The notes under the pieces are model-generated. The model had not been told where the DNA came from and did no database searches. It saw only the letters and a program-made list of their open reading frames with translations. From the NCBI GenBank assembly GCA_947626325.1, contig CANQRT010000001.1, forward strand, positions 1 through 38,375: a stretch of DNA of 38,375 bases, read 5' to 3'. The stretch is from Candidatus Gastranaerophilales bacterium (GTDB taxonomy: Bacteria; Cyanobacteriota; Vampirovibrionia; Gastranaerophilales; Gastranaerophilaceae). The stretch's first letter is position 1, and every line of letters begins with the position of its first letter. Position numbers and translations under genes: made by a program. Below are positions 28,375 to 37,712 of the stretch, in pieces.

Positions 28375-28890
28375 ATGAGTTTAAAATCAAGAATTGAAGC
28401 TGTATTATTTGTAACAGGTAAAGCTGTTGATTTAAAAGAAATAGCAAAAATCCTTGAAGCTGATGAGCAGGAAGTAGAAGATGCAATGCTTGAACTTATA
28501 ATGGATTATTCTTCACGCGACGGGGCTCTTGAAATAGATGACGAAAATGGTTATATACTTCAAGTAAAAGATGATTATATGGATATAGTAGAAAAACTAT
28601 GTCCTGTAGATATATCAAATGCAGTATTAAAAACTCTGACAGTTATAGCACTAAAAGAACCCATAAGACAATCTTTATTAAAAGATTTACGTGGTGCTTC
28701 TGCTTATGAACATGTGCAAGAGCTTATTGATAAAGGTTTAATAAGTAAAAAGAAAGATAAAAATGGACGTTCATATAACTTAAAAACAACGCCAAAATTT
28801 GCAGAATATTTTAAAATAAAAAGTAACTCAGAAATATTATCAAAACTGGAGCCTGAAAAACTATCGGAAATATTAGAGTTAAATAAATAA
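28375..28890 (+). CDS. scpB: Segregation and condensation protein B
   Basis: 171 aa with IEAVLFVTGKAVDLKEIAKIL...ALEIDDENGYILQVKDDY...LKTLTVIALKEPIRQSLLKDLRG. Confidence 0.8.
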   Translation: MSLKSRIEAVLFVTGKAVDLKEIAKILEADEQEVEDAMLELIMDYSSRDGALEIDDENGYILQVKDDYMDIVEKLCPVDISNAVLKTLTVIALKEPIRQSLLKDLRGASAYEHVQELIDKGLISKKKDKNGRSYNLKTTPKFAEYFKIKSNSEILSKLEPEKLSEILELNK

Positions 28891-28902
28891 AAGGAGATAT
28901 AA

Positions 28903-30546
28903 ATGGAAGACCAAAATAATTCTCAAGAATTAGAAGAACAAGGGCAAAAAGAAAAAACTGAAGCTCAAAAAAAAGCTAAAGACCCAGAAAAAGATAAAAG
29001 AAGTTTGTTTATGACTATCCTTGTATTTGGGATATTGTTGTTTATAATAATCGGTTTTAGAGCTTATTTATCAAATTTATATCCTGAACAACAAATGGCA
29101 AAAGCTAAGAAATATTATAATGATGGTCAATACGAAAAAGCAGTAAAATTATTTGATTCTGCAGCAAATGCACTTCCGCATGATTATGAGCCAATATATT
29201 ATAAAGCGCTGGCACTATCTAAAATGCCTGCTAACGCAGAAAATCAAAAAGAATTATATGAGATAGCCTGGATGGATGATTGTGATAAAGCTAATGAAGT
29301 TGCAGAAAAAGCGTTAGGGCAAATCAGATGGAAATTAAATAAAGAAATAGGTTCAAATTATACAGATAATGTTTTATATGAAGATAAGCTGATAAGGTGG
29401 AATAAGTCAGAGCCCATAACATATTCAATTAAATCTAAAGGACAAATTCCAAACAATTATTATAATGATGTAAAATCAGCCTTTGATGAATGGCAGAAAA
29501 GATTAAATAATGAAATAGTTTTTAAAGAAATAAATAACAATAATGCCAAAATAAATGTTGTGTTTACCGATGAAATTAGCGGTGAAAATATTAATCAAAC
29601 CTCAGGAAATACAAAACCTGTTATTAATAATTCTAAATTAGAAAAAATGAATGTAAAATTAAAAAAACATGATACCGCAGGAAACAATTTTAAAGATGAA
29701 CAATTAACAAGTTTAGCACAGCATGAAATCGGGCATGCTTTAGGGTTATTCGGTCATAGCGCAAATCAATATGACATAATGTATTTAGATAGAGATACAG
29801 TAACACCCCAAACACAATACCAAGGTATATCAGACCGTGATATAAATACTGTTAAAGCCGTTTATAATATGATACCTGATGTAATAGATACTCCTCTATC
29901 TCCTGCAGAGATGAAAAATATGTATTTCCATAATGTTTTAACTTATTATCCTGGAGAAAATTATGAGTTAGACGTTCAAAGAACTTTATCTCAAATAAAA
30001 GAAAGCCAGCAAAGCATAGTATTATGGGTTAATTTAGCTATAGACTATGGTTACAGAGGTCAATATGAGCGTTCTAATTATGTATTAACTCATTTATTCC
30101 CTTTAATAACTAATGATTTTGAAAATCAGTTTGTAGTTTTATATAATATCGCTGTAAATTATTATAAAATGAGAGATTACTCAAATGCACAAAAATATTT
30201 ATATGCTGCAACAAATATAAATGATGATAAAGACACTCAAACATTAGAAGCTTTCTTAGATTATAGAATGGGAAGAACTGAACTGGCTAAAAGTAAGCTG
30301 AAATTATTAAATAATAAATATCCTACAGATATAGAAATTGCTTTAAAGTTAGCTAATGTATATTACAGATTGGATGATATTGAAAAAGAAAATGAAGTTA
30401 TTGACAATATCATTTTAAATAATCCCCAAGCAATGTCTGATAGAAGAATATCAAAATATAGACCATTTGGGGCTAAATACATAAGTAAAAATAATAAGGC
30501 TGATAAAAAAGATAAAAAAAATAAAAAATCAAAAGGAAGCAAATAA
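28903..30546 (+). CDS. Membrane-anchored TPR-repeat protein with a matrixin-like (metzincin, M10-type) zinc metalloprotease domain
   Basis: 547 aa with a charged N-terminus followed by a TM (LFMTILVFGILLFIIIGF). IRWNKSEPITYSI...VKSAFDEWQ...KINVVFTD resembles the matrixin N-terminal sheet. HEIGHALGLFGHS is an HExxHxxGxxH motif, followed by a DIMY Met-turn. TPR-like repeats lie before and after the protease domain, and the tail is Lys-rich. AAAGGAG RBS 12 nt after the scpB stop. Confidence 0.7.
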   Translation: MEDQNNSQELEEQGQKEKTEAQKKAKDPEKDKRSLFMTILVFGILLFIIIGFRAYLSNLYPEQQMAKAKKYYNDGQYEKAVKLFDSAANALPHDYEPIYYKALALSKMPANAENQKELYEIAWMDDCDKANEVAEKALGQIRWKLNKEIGSNYTDNVLYEDKLIRWNKSEPITYSIKSKGQIPNNYYNDVKSAFDEWQKRLNNEIVFKEINNNNAKINVVFTDEISGENINQTSGNTKPVINNSKLEKMNVKLKKHDTAGNNFKDEQLTSLAQHEIGHALGLFGHSANQYDIMYLDRDTVTPQTQYQGISDRDINTVKAVYNMIPDVIDTPLSPAEMKNMYFHNVLTYYPGENYELDVQRTLSQIKESQQSIVLWVNLAIDYGYRGQYERSNYVLTHLFPLITNDFENQFVVLYNIAVNYYKMRDYSNAQKYLYAATNINDDKDTQTLEAFLDYRMGRTELAKSKLKLLNNKYPTDIEIALKLANVYYRLDDIEKENEVIDNIILNNPQAMSDRRISKYRPFGAKYISKNNKADKKDKKNKKSKGSK

Positions 30547-31833
30547 GTCATATTCAGAAGCTCCCGTAACTTTAGCGGTGATAATATCACCAGGCATTAC
30601 GGGAGTTTTTGTATCTATAAACACTAGTCCGTCTACTTCTGGTGCATCTTTATAAGAGCGGGCGCTAACTTTGCCTTTTGAATTAACTGTTTCTACAATG
30701 CAGTCAATCTTTTTGCCGATTAATTTTTTGTTAATCGAGGCAGATATTTCCTGCTGGAGTTTCATTAATGTATTTTTTCTTTGTTTTTTTATTTTGGCGC
30801 TGATTTGAGGTTTAAGCGAGTATGCTTTTGTATTTTTTTCTTTAGAAAACTCAAAAACTCCTACTCTATCGAGCTTCATAGTTTTAATAAAATCATAAAG
30901 TTCATTAAAATCAGCCTCTGTTTCAGCTGGGTAGCCTGTTATAAATGTAGTTCTTATTGCACAGTTAGGGATTATTTTGCGAATTTTTTTAATAAGAGCT
31001 TTATAATCCATAACAGGTCTATTCATAGCTGTCAGCATATTTTTGCTTACATGCTGGAGCGGAACATCAATATATTTAACAACTTTATCAAGTTTATTAA
31101 TGGTATACAAAAGTTCATCAGTTAATAAAGACGGATAGGTATACATAATCCTTATCCAATTAAGGTTATCAATCTTATTAAGCTCTGTAAGAAGCTCAAT
31201 TAATGCGGGTTTGCCGTAAATATCTTTTCCGTAGCTTGTAGTATCTTGAGCTATTAAAACAATTTCTGATGAGCCTTTATCAGCAAGTTCTTTAGCTTCT
31301 AAAACTATATTTTCAATTTTTCTTGATTTATAAGGTCCTCTAAGCTGAGGGATAATGCAATAACCGCAATTAAAATCGCAGCCGTCGGCTATTTTAATAT
31401 AAGAACTTGCACCCATAGTTATCTGCTGGCGTTTAATATCTTCTGGATAGTTATATACAGGTTTATCGCAGACTTTATAATCAGTCCTTTTACTGTTTGT
31501 AATATTTTTAACAACATCAACTATTTTATCAATATCGGAAGTTCCTAAAAAGGCACAGGCTTCGGGGATAAGTTCAGCCAGTTCTTTTTTGTGTTTTTGA
31601 GGCAGACAGCCAGTAATTATTACCTTTTTACCTGCATTAATCATATTAAAAATGGAGGCAACTGACTCTTTTTCTGCATCATGAATAAAAGAGCATGTAT
31701 TTATTATGACAATATCGGCTTTTGTGTCGTCAAGAGTAATTTTATAACCTGCTTGTGCTAGTTTTCCCAGCATTAATTCTGAATCTACAAGGTTTTTAGC
31801 GCAGCCATGATTTATAAGTGCAATTTCTCTCAT
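30529..31833 (-). CDS. rimO: Ribosomal protein S12 methylthiotransferase RimO (radical SAM)
   Basis: 434 aa with HGCAKNLVDSELMLGKL, a radical SAM motif CDFNCGYCIIP, and a C-terminal TRAM domain with APEVDGLVFI, which is typical of RimO rather than MiaB. Confidence 0.85.
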   Translation of the reverse strand: MREIALINHGCAKNLVDSELMLGKLAQAGYKITLDDTKADIVIINTCSFIHDAEKESVASIFNMINAGKKVIITGCLPQKHKKELAELIPEACAFLGTSDIDKIVDVVKNITNSKRTDYKVCDKPVYNYPEDIKRQQITMGASSYIKIADGCDFNCGYCIIPQLRGPYKSRKIENIVLEAKELADKGSSEIVLIAQDTTSYGKDIYGKPALIELLTELNKIDNLNWIRIMYTYPSLLTDELLYTINKLDKVVKYIDVPLQHVSKNMLTAMNRPVMDYKALIKKIRKIIPNCAIRTTFITGYPAETEADFNELYDFIKTMKLDRVGVFEFSKEKNTKAYSLKPQISAKIKKQRKNTLMKLQQEISASINKKLIGKKIDCIVETVNSKGKVSARSYKDAPEVDGLVFIDTKTPVMPGDIITAKVTGASEYDLFASF

Positions 31834-33356
31834 TATTTATTTTTTCCGTATATCTGTACATTATTTATGTTTTGAATGAGTTTGTATTTCTTTTTTATCA
31901 TCTCATAAAAATTTTGTGCATAGTCAATTCCAAAGAAACTTTTTCCGTATTCAATGTTGTTAATGGGCAGGATAATGAAATAATCAGGCATGGATTTTTC
32001 AAAATCAGATAAAATTTTATTTTCGCCAAAAACATCGTCATAAAACAGCGGACTAAGATTATAATAGTAATTAGAACCGTTTTTACTTGTAATAAAATTA
32101 ATAAAATAGCCTTCTGGTAAAACAGCAATTTTATCATCATCAGATGTGTTGTTTATTATAAAATCGCAGGCTGTATTAATGATTTTACCCTCTTTTTTAT
32201 ACGTGTATAAAGCTGCTTTTTTAGTTTCAATTTTATAATTTTTAAAATTTAGTGATTTGAAGTCTGCTCCTGCAAAGAAAAAAGCAAAAATAACCAGGAA
32301 AATAGGAATAAATTTTTGCATACGCTCAAATAAGTTAAATAGCACCAAAACGCAAAGCAGGCAGACTGGGAAAATAAAAGCGCCCATGTGGCTGATGTTA
32401 AGGAAAAATAAAAACTTTGCGCAAGCGCTTATTGCAGTTAAGGTCAATATAAAAACAGGTTTATTTTGATATATTTTTTTTATTTTAGAAACGAATAAAA
32501 TAATAATAATTGCTGGTAAAAATCCAAAAACAGAATAAAAACCGCCATTTAAGCTAAGATTAATTATTGTTTTCAGGTTAAAAAACACACCAAATTTTGA
32601 AAAGAATATTTTTAATGAAGGAGCATACACAAGTTTATTTATTAAAAACGCACTATATTTAATGTCCTCAAGATTTAATCCTTGAAATATCAAGCTAAAC
32701 AGGCACAGGGCAGGAAAGAACAAAAAGCATAAAATTGCTTTAAGAAAGTTCTTTAAGCCTAAAGGTTTTATGAAAGCGAAAACATAAATTAAAATTAAAG
32801 GATAAATGCAGAATTCATACTTATTTGCCAGACTCAGCCCTGCAAAAAGCGAGGATAAATAAGCATAATTATAATTTTCGTTTTTAATATATTTAATTAA
32901 AAAGAGTAATGATATTAAAAAAGTGCAGAGGGCATAAGATATTGCGAAGGTATAAGGCAGATTAGAATTATATAAAAACGTATTAAATACGAGTGAAAAC
33001 ATAATAATTAAGCTGATAAGAAAAGAGATTGATTTTGAAAGGAACTCTCTTGACAGCAAAAATAAAGCAATAATCATTATTAAAGAGTTAACAATTCCTG
33101 CGAAGTAAAGTGTATTAAAGTGTTCTTTAAATATAAAAAACAATAAAGCATTAAATTGATAGGAAAAAGGGCCGTAAATATTAAAAATATCTTTATATAA
33201 TACTTCACCTTTAAGCATTTGAGAGGGAATATAAAATTCTCTGCCCGTATCAATAAGCAATAGGCCTTGATGAAATATGAAAAACGGCAGAAAACAAAGG
33301 AATATGATAATTAAAAATGTTATAAATCCTTTATCTGTTTTAAAAAAGTTAATCAT
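31833..33356 (-). CDS. Polytopic membrane protein, possibly a GT-C-fold (ArnT/PMT-like) glycosyltransferase
   Basis: 507 aa with about 11-12 hydrophobic segments and a soluble C-terminal domain of about 130 aa. An acidic loop motif follows TM1 (IDTGREFYIP). The family assignment is tentative. Confidence 0.4.
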   Translation of the reverse strand: MINFFKTDKGFITFLIIIFLCFLPFFIFHQGLLLIDTGREFYIPSQMLKGEVLYKDIFNIYGPFSYQFNALLFFIFKEHFNTLYFAGIVNSLIMIIALFLLSREFLSKSISFLISLIIMFSLVFNTFLYNSNLPYTFAISYALCTFLISLLFLIKYIKNENYNYAYLSSLFAGLSLANKYEFCIYPLILIYVFAFIKPLGLKNFLKAILCFLFFPALCLFSLIFQGLNLEDIKYSAFLINKLVYAPSLKIFFSKFGVFFNLKTIINLSLNGGFYSVFGFLPAIIIILFVSKIKKIYQNKPVFILTLTAISACAKFLFFLNISHMGAFIFPVCLLCVLVLFNLFERMQKFIPIFLVIFAFFFAGADFKSLNFKNYKIETKKAALYTYKKEGKIINTACDFIINNTSDDDKIAVLPEGYFINFITSKNGSNYYYNLSPLFYDDVFGENKILSDFEKSMPDYFIILPINNIEYGKSFFGIDYAQNFYEMIKKKYKLIQNINNVQIYGKNK

Positions 33357-33368
33357 AAAAGGAGACCT

Positions 33369-35942
33369 CTAATCAAAATTTAAAGACAATTGAGGAATAT
33401 CAGGCAGATTTTGTTTAGATTTTTTATGTGATAAATCTTTTGAATAATCTTTTTGCATTCTATTCATAATGCTTTTAGCTTTAGAAATAACGCTTTCAGG
33501 CAAACCTGCCATTTTGGCAACTTGAATACCGTAGCTTTTGCTGGCACTGCCCTCTACTACCTTACGCAGGAAATGGATTTCGCCGTTTTCTTCTTCAATA
33601 GTAATTCTGTAATTTTTAATTTGGTCAAAAGATTTAGGCATTACATTAAGCTCGTGATAATGAGTCGCAAAAATAGTTCTGGCTTTGATTTTAGTAGCAA
33701 TATACTCTGCAACCGACCAAGCAATAGCAACTCCGTCATAAGTAGAAGTACCTCTGCCGATTTCATCGAGAAGTATCAAACTCTTTTCGGTAGCGCTGTT
33801 AATGATGAAAGCGGTTTCATTCATTTCAACCATAAAAGTGGACTGACCTAAAGAAAGGTCATCAACGGCACCAACTCTGGTAAATATTTTATCGACAATT
33901 CCAATTCGAGCATAAGAAGCAGGAACAAAAGAACCTATTTGAGCCAAAAGAACAATCAAGGCATTTTGGCGCATATAGGTGGATTTTCCAGCCATATTTG
34001 GCCCTGTAAGTATCATAAATTGGGTATCTTCAAAATTATGATTATCTGCAATAAGTTTCAAATCGTTAGGAACGTACTGTCCCATTGGTAAAATCTTTTC
34101 AACAACGGGATGTCTGCCGTCTTTAATATATAATTCATCGGTTTCGCACATTTCAGGACGAACATAACCCGCCTCAACTGCAGTCTGTGCAAAGGATAAA
34201 ATAACATCACATTTTGCAATAAAGTGGGAAACTGACTTTATATCGTCAACAAAAGATTTAGAATATTCAACTAAATCGTTATAAATTTTTTGTTCAAGTT
34301 CAATACTTTTAAGTTTAGCAGAAGCAACATCATTTTCATGCCTGCGAAGTTCATCTGTAGTATATCTTTCAGCATTGGTAAGAGTTTGTTTTCTAATATA
34401 GTTCATTGGAACTTGGCTCAAATTAGATTTTGTAATTTCTATAAAGAACCCGAAATTGTTATTATAGCCGACTTTAAGATTTTTAATACCAGTAAGTTCT
34501 TTTTGTTTATTTTCAAAATCTTTAATCCAGCCCTCACCGCCTGATAAAAGGTCTCTATAGTAATCAAGCTCTGTATTAACATTCTTGTTAATAACCCCGC
34601 CGTCTTTAAACAAAACAGGAGTTTCTGGGTTAATTGTACGTTTAATTACAGATGAAAATTCTAACAAATCCTCAATGTTTGCATTAAAATCAGTGATATA
34701 AGAACTTTTAAACTTTGAAACAATTGCTTTAAAGTTTGGCAGAAGCTCAATGGTATCAGCAAGAGCAAGAAAGTCACGAGGATTTACAGATGAATTGCTT
34801 AATTTCACAGCTAAGCGTTCAATATCGTAGACACTGCCTAAAATATTGGATAAATTAAGAACAATTTGCGGATTATTAATAAATTCTTCAACGCTGTCGT
34901 GGCGGGCATTAATTTCCTCCAATTTTTTAAGAGGCTGAGTAATCCAAGATTTTAAAAGTCTTGATCCCATGGGAGTTTTAACTTTATCAATTGCCCAGAG
35001 TAAGCTTCCGTATTTAGTTTTATCTCTTGAAGTCTCGGTTAATTCAAGGTTACGTCTTGTAGATGCGTCTATTGACATATATTCAGATAAAGAATAAGGT
35101 GAAATAACATCAAATTTAGGTAAAATACCTCTTTGAGTTTCTATAATATAATCTACAATAGCACCTGCGGCACGAAACGCTGTTTGAAATCCGTTAAATC
35201 CAAATGGTTCAAGAGAAATAACATTAAATAATTTTTTAATTTTTTCTTGAGCATTATCTAAATCAAAAGAGGAGCAAGAAATTTTAGTACAAGTATAAAA
35301 ATTTATAATTTCATTAGGCAGGTCAATTTTTTCCTCTGGAACTATTTGAAATGGCGTAACTTTAAGTTTTTTAACAGGTGCTAAAATTTCAGCTGGTTTA
35401 ATTCTTGCAAGTTCAGATAAAATATCAGTTAAAGCACCTTGTGTAACTTTAAATTCCCCTGTAGAAATATCAGTATATGCAAGACCAAACGTGTTATTTT
35501 CTTGAATAATTGAAGCAAGATAGTTATTTCCCGTAGGTTCAAGCAGATTAGTTTCCGTAATTGTACCAGCTGTAATGGTTTTAACAATATCTCTTTTAAC
35601 TAATTTTACGGCATCTTTAGGGTTTTCAACCTGTTCGCAGATAGCAACTTTATAGTTTTTTTCAAGTAATTTAGGTATATAAGTATTGACGGATTTAAAA
35701 GGAATACCAGCCATAGGCACTTTCCCTAGTTCACCGCCGTCTTTAGATGTTAAAGTAAGTCCTAGGTCTTTTTGAAAGATAATAGCGTCCTCAAAAAATC
35801 CCTCATAAAAATCTCCTAAGCGATAAAGGAGTACAACGCCCTGATATTTGCGTTTTATTTCAAGAAATTGCTTAAACATAGGCGTTGCAAGTTCAATATT
35901 TACTTTAGAGCTGTCAATATTCTTGATTTCTTCGTTTAACAT
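33369..35942 (-). CDS. mutS: DNA mismatch repair protein MutS
   Basis: 857 aa with TPMFKQFLEIKRKY, the mismatch-binding GDFYEGFFEDA, Walker A GPNMAGKSTYMRQ, DEIGRGTSTYDG and FATHYHEL. Confidence 0.95.
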   Translation of the reverse strand: MLNEEIKNIDSSKVNIELATPMFKQFLEIKRKYQGVVLLYRLGDFYEGFFEDAIIFQKDLGLTLTSKDGGELGKVPMAGIPFKSVNTYIPKLLEKNYKVAICEQVENPKDAVKLVKRDIVKTITAGTITETNLLEPTGNNYLASIIQENNTFGLAYTDISTGEFKVTQGALTDILSELARIKPAEILAPVKKLKVTPFQIVPEEKIDLPNEIINFYTCTKISCSSFDLDNAQEKIKKLFNVISLEPFGFNGFQTAFRAAGAIVDYIIETQRGILPKFDVISPYSLSEYMSIDASTRRNLELTETSRDKTKYGSLLWAIDKVKTPMGSRLLKSWITQPLKKLEEINARHDSVEEFINNPQIVLNLSNILGSVYDIERLAVKLSNSSVNPRDFLALADTIELLPNFKAIVSKFKSSYITDFNANIEDLLEFSSVIKRTINPETPVLFKDGGVINKNVNTELDYYRDLLSGGEGWIKDFENKQKELTGIKNLKVGYNNNFGFFIEITKSNLSQVPMNYIRKQTLTNAERYTTDELRRHENDVASAKLKSIELEQKIYNDLVEYSKSFVDDIKSVSHFIAKCDVILSFAQTAVEAGYVRPEMCETDELYIKDGRHPVVEKILPMGQYVPNDLKLIADNHNFEDTQFMILTGPNMAGKSTYMRQNALIVLLAQIGSFVPASYARIGIVDKIFTRVGAVDDLSLGQSTFMVEMNETAFIINSATEKSLILLDEIGRGTSTYDGVAIAWSVAEYIATKIKARTIFATHYHELNVMPKSFDQIKNYRITIEEENGEIHFLRKVVEGSASKSYGIQVAKMAGLPESVISKAKSIMNRMQKDYSKDLSHKKSKQNLPDIPQLSLNFD

Positions 35943-36002
35943 AGCTATACTTAAATGTAATACAAATTGGCGTTAAATTCAATTAAATATAAAGGAGTTT
36001 TA

Positions 36003-36605
36003 ATGAAAGGCTGTTTTAGTTTTATAATAAAGACAATCATTGCATTACTGGTGTTTTTCGGGCTAATGCACCTCGGTGTAATAGATTTTATAAAAGAGAA
36101 GATAGAAGAAAATAACAGTTCTTCGCAAGAGCGGATAATGGAAAAAACAAAAGATATTCTAGATTTTTCGCAGATAGGTGAAGAATATTCTCTGGATAAA
36201 AATTTAAAGCTGTTAAAAAACAGAATGATAATAGCAGAGCATAATGCAAGCGGACAAAAGATGATAATGATTGTCCCGAAAGACGATGCAATTTTAACTA
36301 AAGCTGATATTAAGAGTGATAAATTGCAAGAGAAAGTTGATGAGGCTATAAACAAGTATAAATACAAAGTAGTAAGGATAGATAAAGCTGAAGTAACAAA
36401 ACGAGGAGAATTTAAAGGGATAGAACAGCAAATTCCTTATGCAAGAATAAACGCAAATATATCGAGCCTGCCTGTTAAAGATATGGAAGGAATTTTAGGT
36501 GTTGCTGAATTAAAAGACGGCAAAAACTTAATTGTTATATCCGTAAACGAGAAGGGGAAATACTCGCAAATAATAACAGAAGCGTTTTACGGGCAGGTAA
36601 AATAA
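36003..36605 (+). CDS. Hypothetical signal-anchored or secreted protein (200 aa from ATG 36003)
   Basis: AAAGGAG 6 nt upstream of ATG 36003, preferred over the track start 35967. It has a hydrophobic N-terminus (MKGCFSFIIKTIIALLVFFGLMHLG). No family recognised. The antisense ORF 35951-36367 is rejected. Confidence 0.6.
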   Translation: MKGCFSFIIKTIIALLVFFGLMHLGVIDFIKEKIEENNSSSQERIMEKTKDILDFSQIGEEYSLDKNLKLLKNRMIIAEHNASGQKMIMIVPKDDAILTKADIKSDKLQEKVDEAINKYKYKVVRIDKAEVTKRGEFKGIEQQIPYARINANISSLPVKDMEGILGVAELKDGKNLIVISVNEKGKYSQIITEAFYGQVK

Positions 36606-37700
36606 TTGGAAAAAGAGTATAAAAGACTAATGAAAAGGTGTATAAATCTTGCCAAAAAAAGTGCAGGCAGGGTTTCGCCTAATCCGTTAGTCGGTGCGAT
36701 TATATTTGATGATGATTTTAAGGTAATATCAGAGGGCAGGCATGAATACTACGGAGGTAATCATGCCGAAAGAAATGCTATATTAACTGCTCAAGAAGAT
36801 TTAAGAGGTAAGTCAATAATAGTAAATTTAGAGCCCTGCTGTCATTACGGTAAAACTCCGCCTTGCGCCGATTTAATTATAGAGCGGGGAATAAAGCGGG
36901 TAATATCGGGCATGGTTGATCCTAATCCAATAGTAGCAGGCAAGGGGCTTGAACGGTTAAAATCTGCAGGCATTGAGGTTATTCAAGGTGTGCTGGAGGA
37001 AGAATGCCTTGAACTAAATAAATTTTTTGTAAAAAATCAAACTAAAAAACTGCCTTATATAACAATAAAAACGGCAGTAACGCTTGACGGAAAAATAGCA
37101 ACAAGGTCAAATAAATCTAAATGGATAACAGATGAAACATCACGGGCTGAGGTACAAAAATTAAGGAACTCTTATGATGCAATATTAACAGGAAGCGGGA
37201 CAATAAAATATGATAATCCGTCATTAACCTGCAGAATGAAAGGCGGCAGAAATCCTGTAAGAGTTGTTTTAGATACGAATTTATCAACGGATGAAAGTTC
37301 AAAAGTATACACAGATGACGGTACAAGGGTAATAATAATAGCAGGCGAAAAGGTTTCAAACTCAAGAATAAAAGAATATCCGAGCCATATAGAGATAGAA
37401 AAATGCAAACTTAAAAATAATAAAATTGATATTTCAACGGCTGTTAAAATACTTTATGAAAAAGGTTTAAGGAGTATAATGACAGAGTGCGGAGGCTTGT
37501 TGAATAAATCAATAATTGAAGAAAAACTCGCAGACGAGCTTATACAATTTATAGCTCCAAAACTGCTTGGCGACACAAAGGCAAAGAGTTTTGCAGAAGG
37601 ATTTGACAGAAATGAAATCAATGAATGTAACAAATTAAAAATAGTATCGACGAAAGTATTAAAACAGGATATAATAGTAAACAGCAAATTTAATTATTAG
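36606..37700 (+). CDS. ribD: Bifunctional riboflavin biosynthesis protein RibD (pyrimidine deaminase / uracil reductase), TTG start
   Basis: 364 aa with the CMP/dCMP deaminase zinc motif HAERNA...LEPCCHYGKTPPC, then the reductase domain ITIKTAVTLDGKIAT...WITDE. An alternative ATG start lies at 36633. Confidence 0.9.
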   Translation: MEKEYKRLMKRCINLAKKSAGRVSPNPLVGAIIFDDDFKVISEGRHEYYGGNHAERNAILTAQEDLRGKSIIVNLEPCCHYGKTPPCADLIIERGIKRVISGMVDPNPIVAGKGLERLKSAGIEVIQGVLEEECLELNKFFVKNQTKKLPYITIKTAVTLDGKIATRSNKSKWITDETSRAEVQKLRNSYDAILTGSGTIKYDNPSLTCRMKGGRNPVRVVLDTNLSTDESSKVYTDDGTRVIIIAGEKVSNSRIKEYPSHIEIEKCKLKNNKIDISTAVKILYEKGLRSIMTECGGLLNKSIIEEKLADELIQFIAPKLLGDTKAKSFAEGFDRNEINECNKLKIVSTKVLKQDIIVNSKFNY

Positions 37701-37712
37701 AATAAGTAAGAT

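Noticed and set aside
35951-36367. A 138-aa minus-strand ORF
   Set aside because: It is the shadow of the Lys/Glu-rich plus-strand gene. The plus-strand ORF has an RBS and a plausible signal anchor, and it is contiguous with ribD.
35943-36605. An FMN riboswitch upstream of ribD
   Set aside because: ribD starts immediately after the preceding gene's stop. The 60-nt region upstream of that gene is too short and too AT-rich to hold the conserved FMN aptamer.
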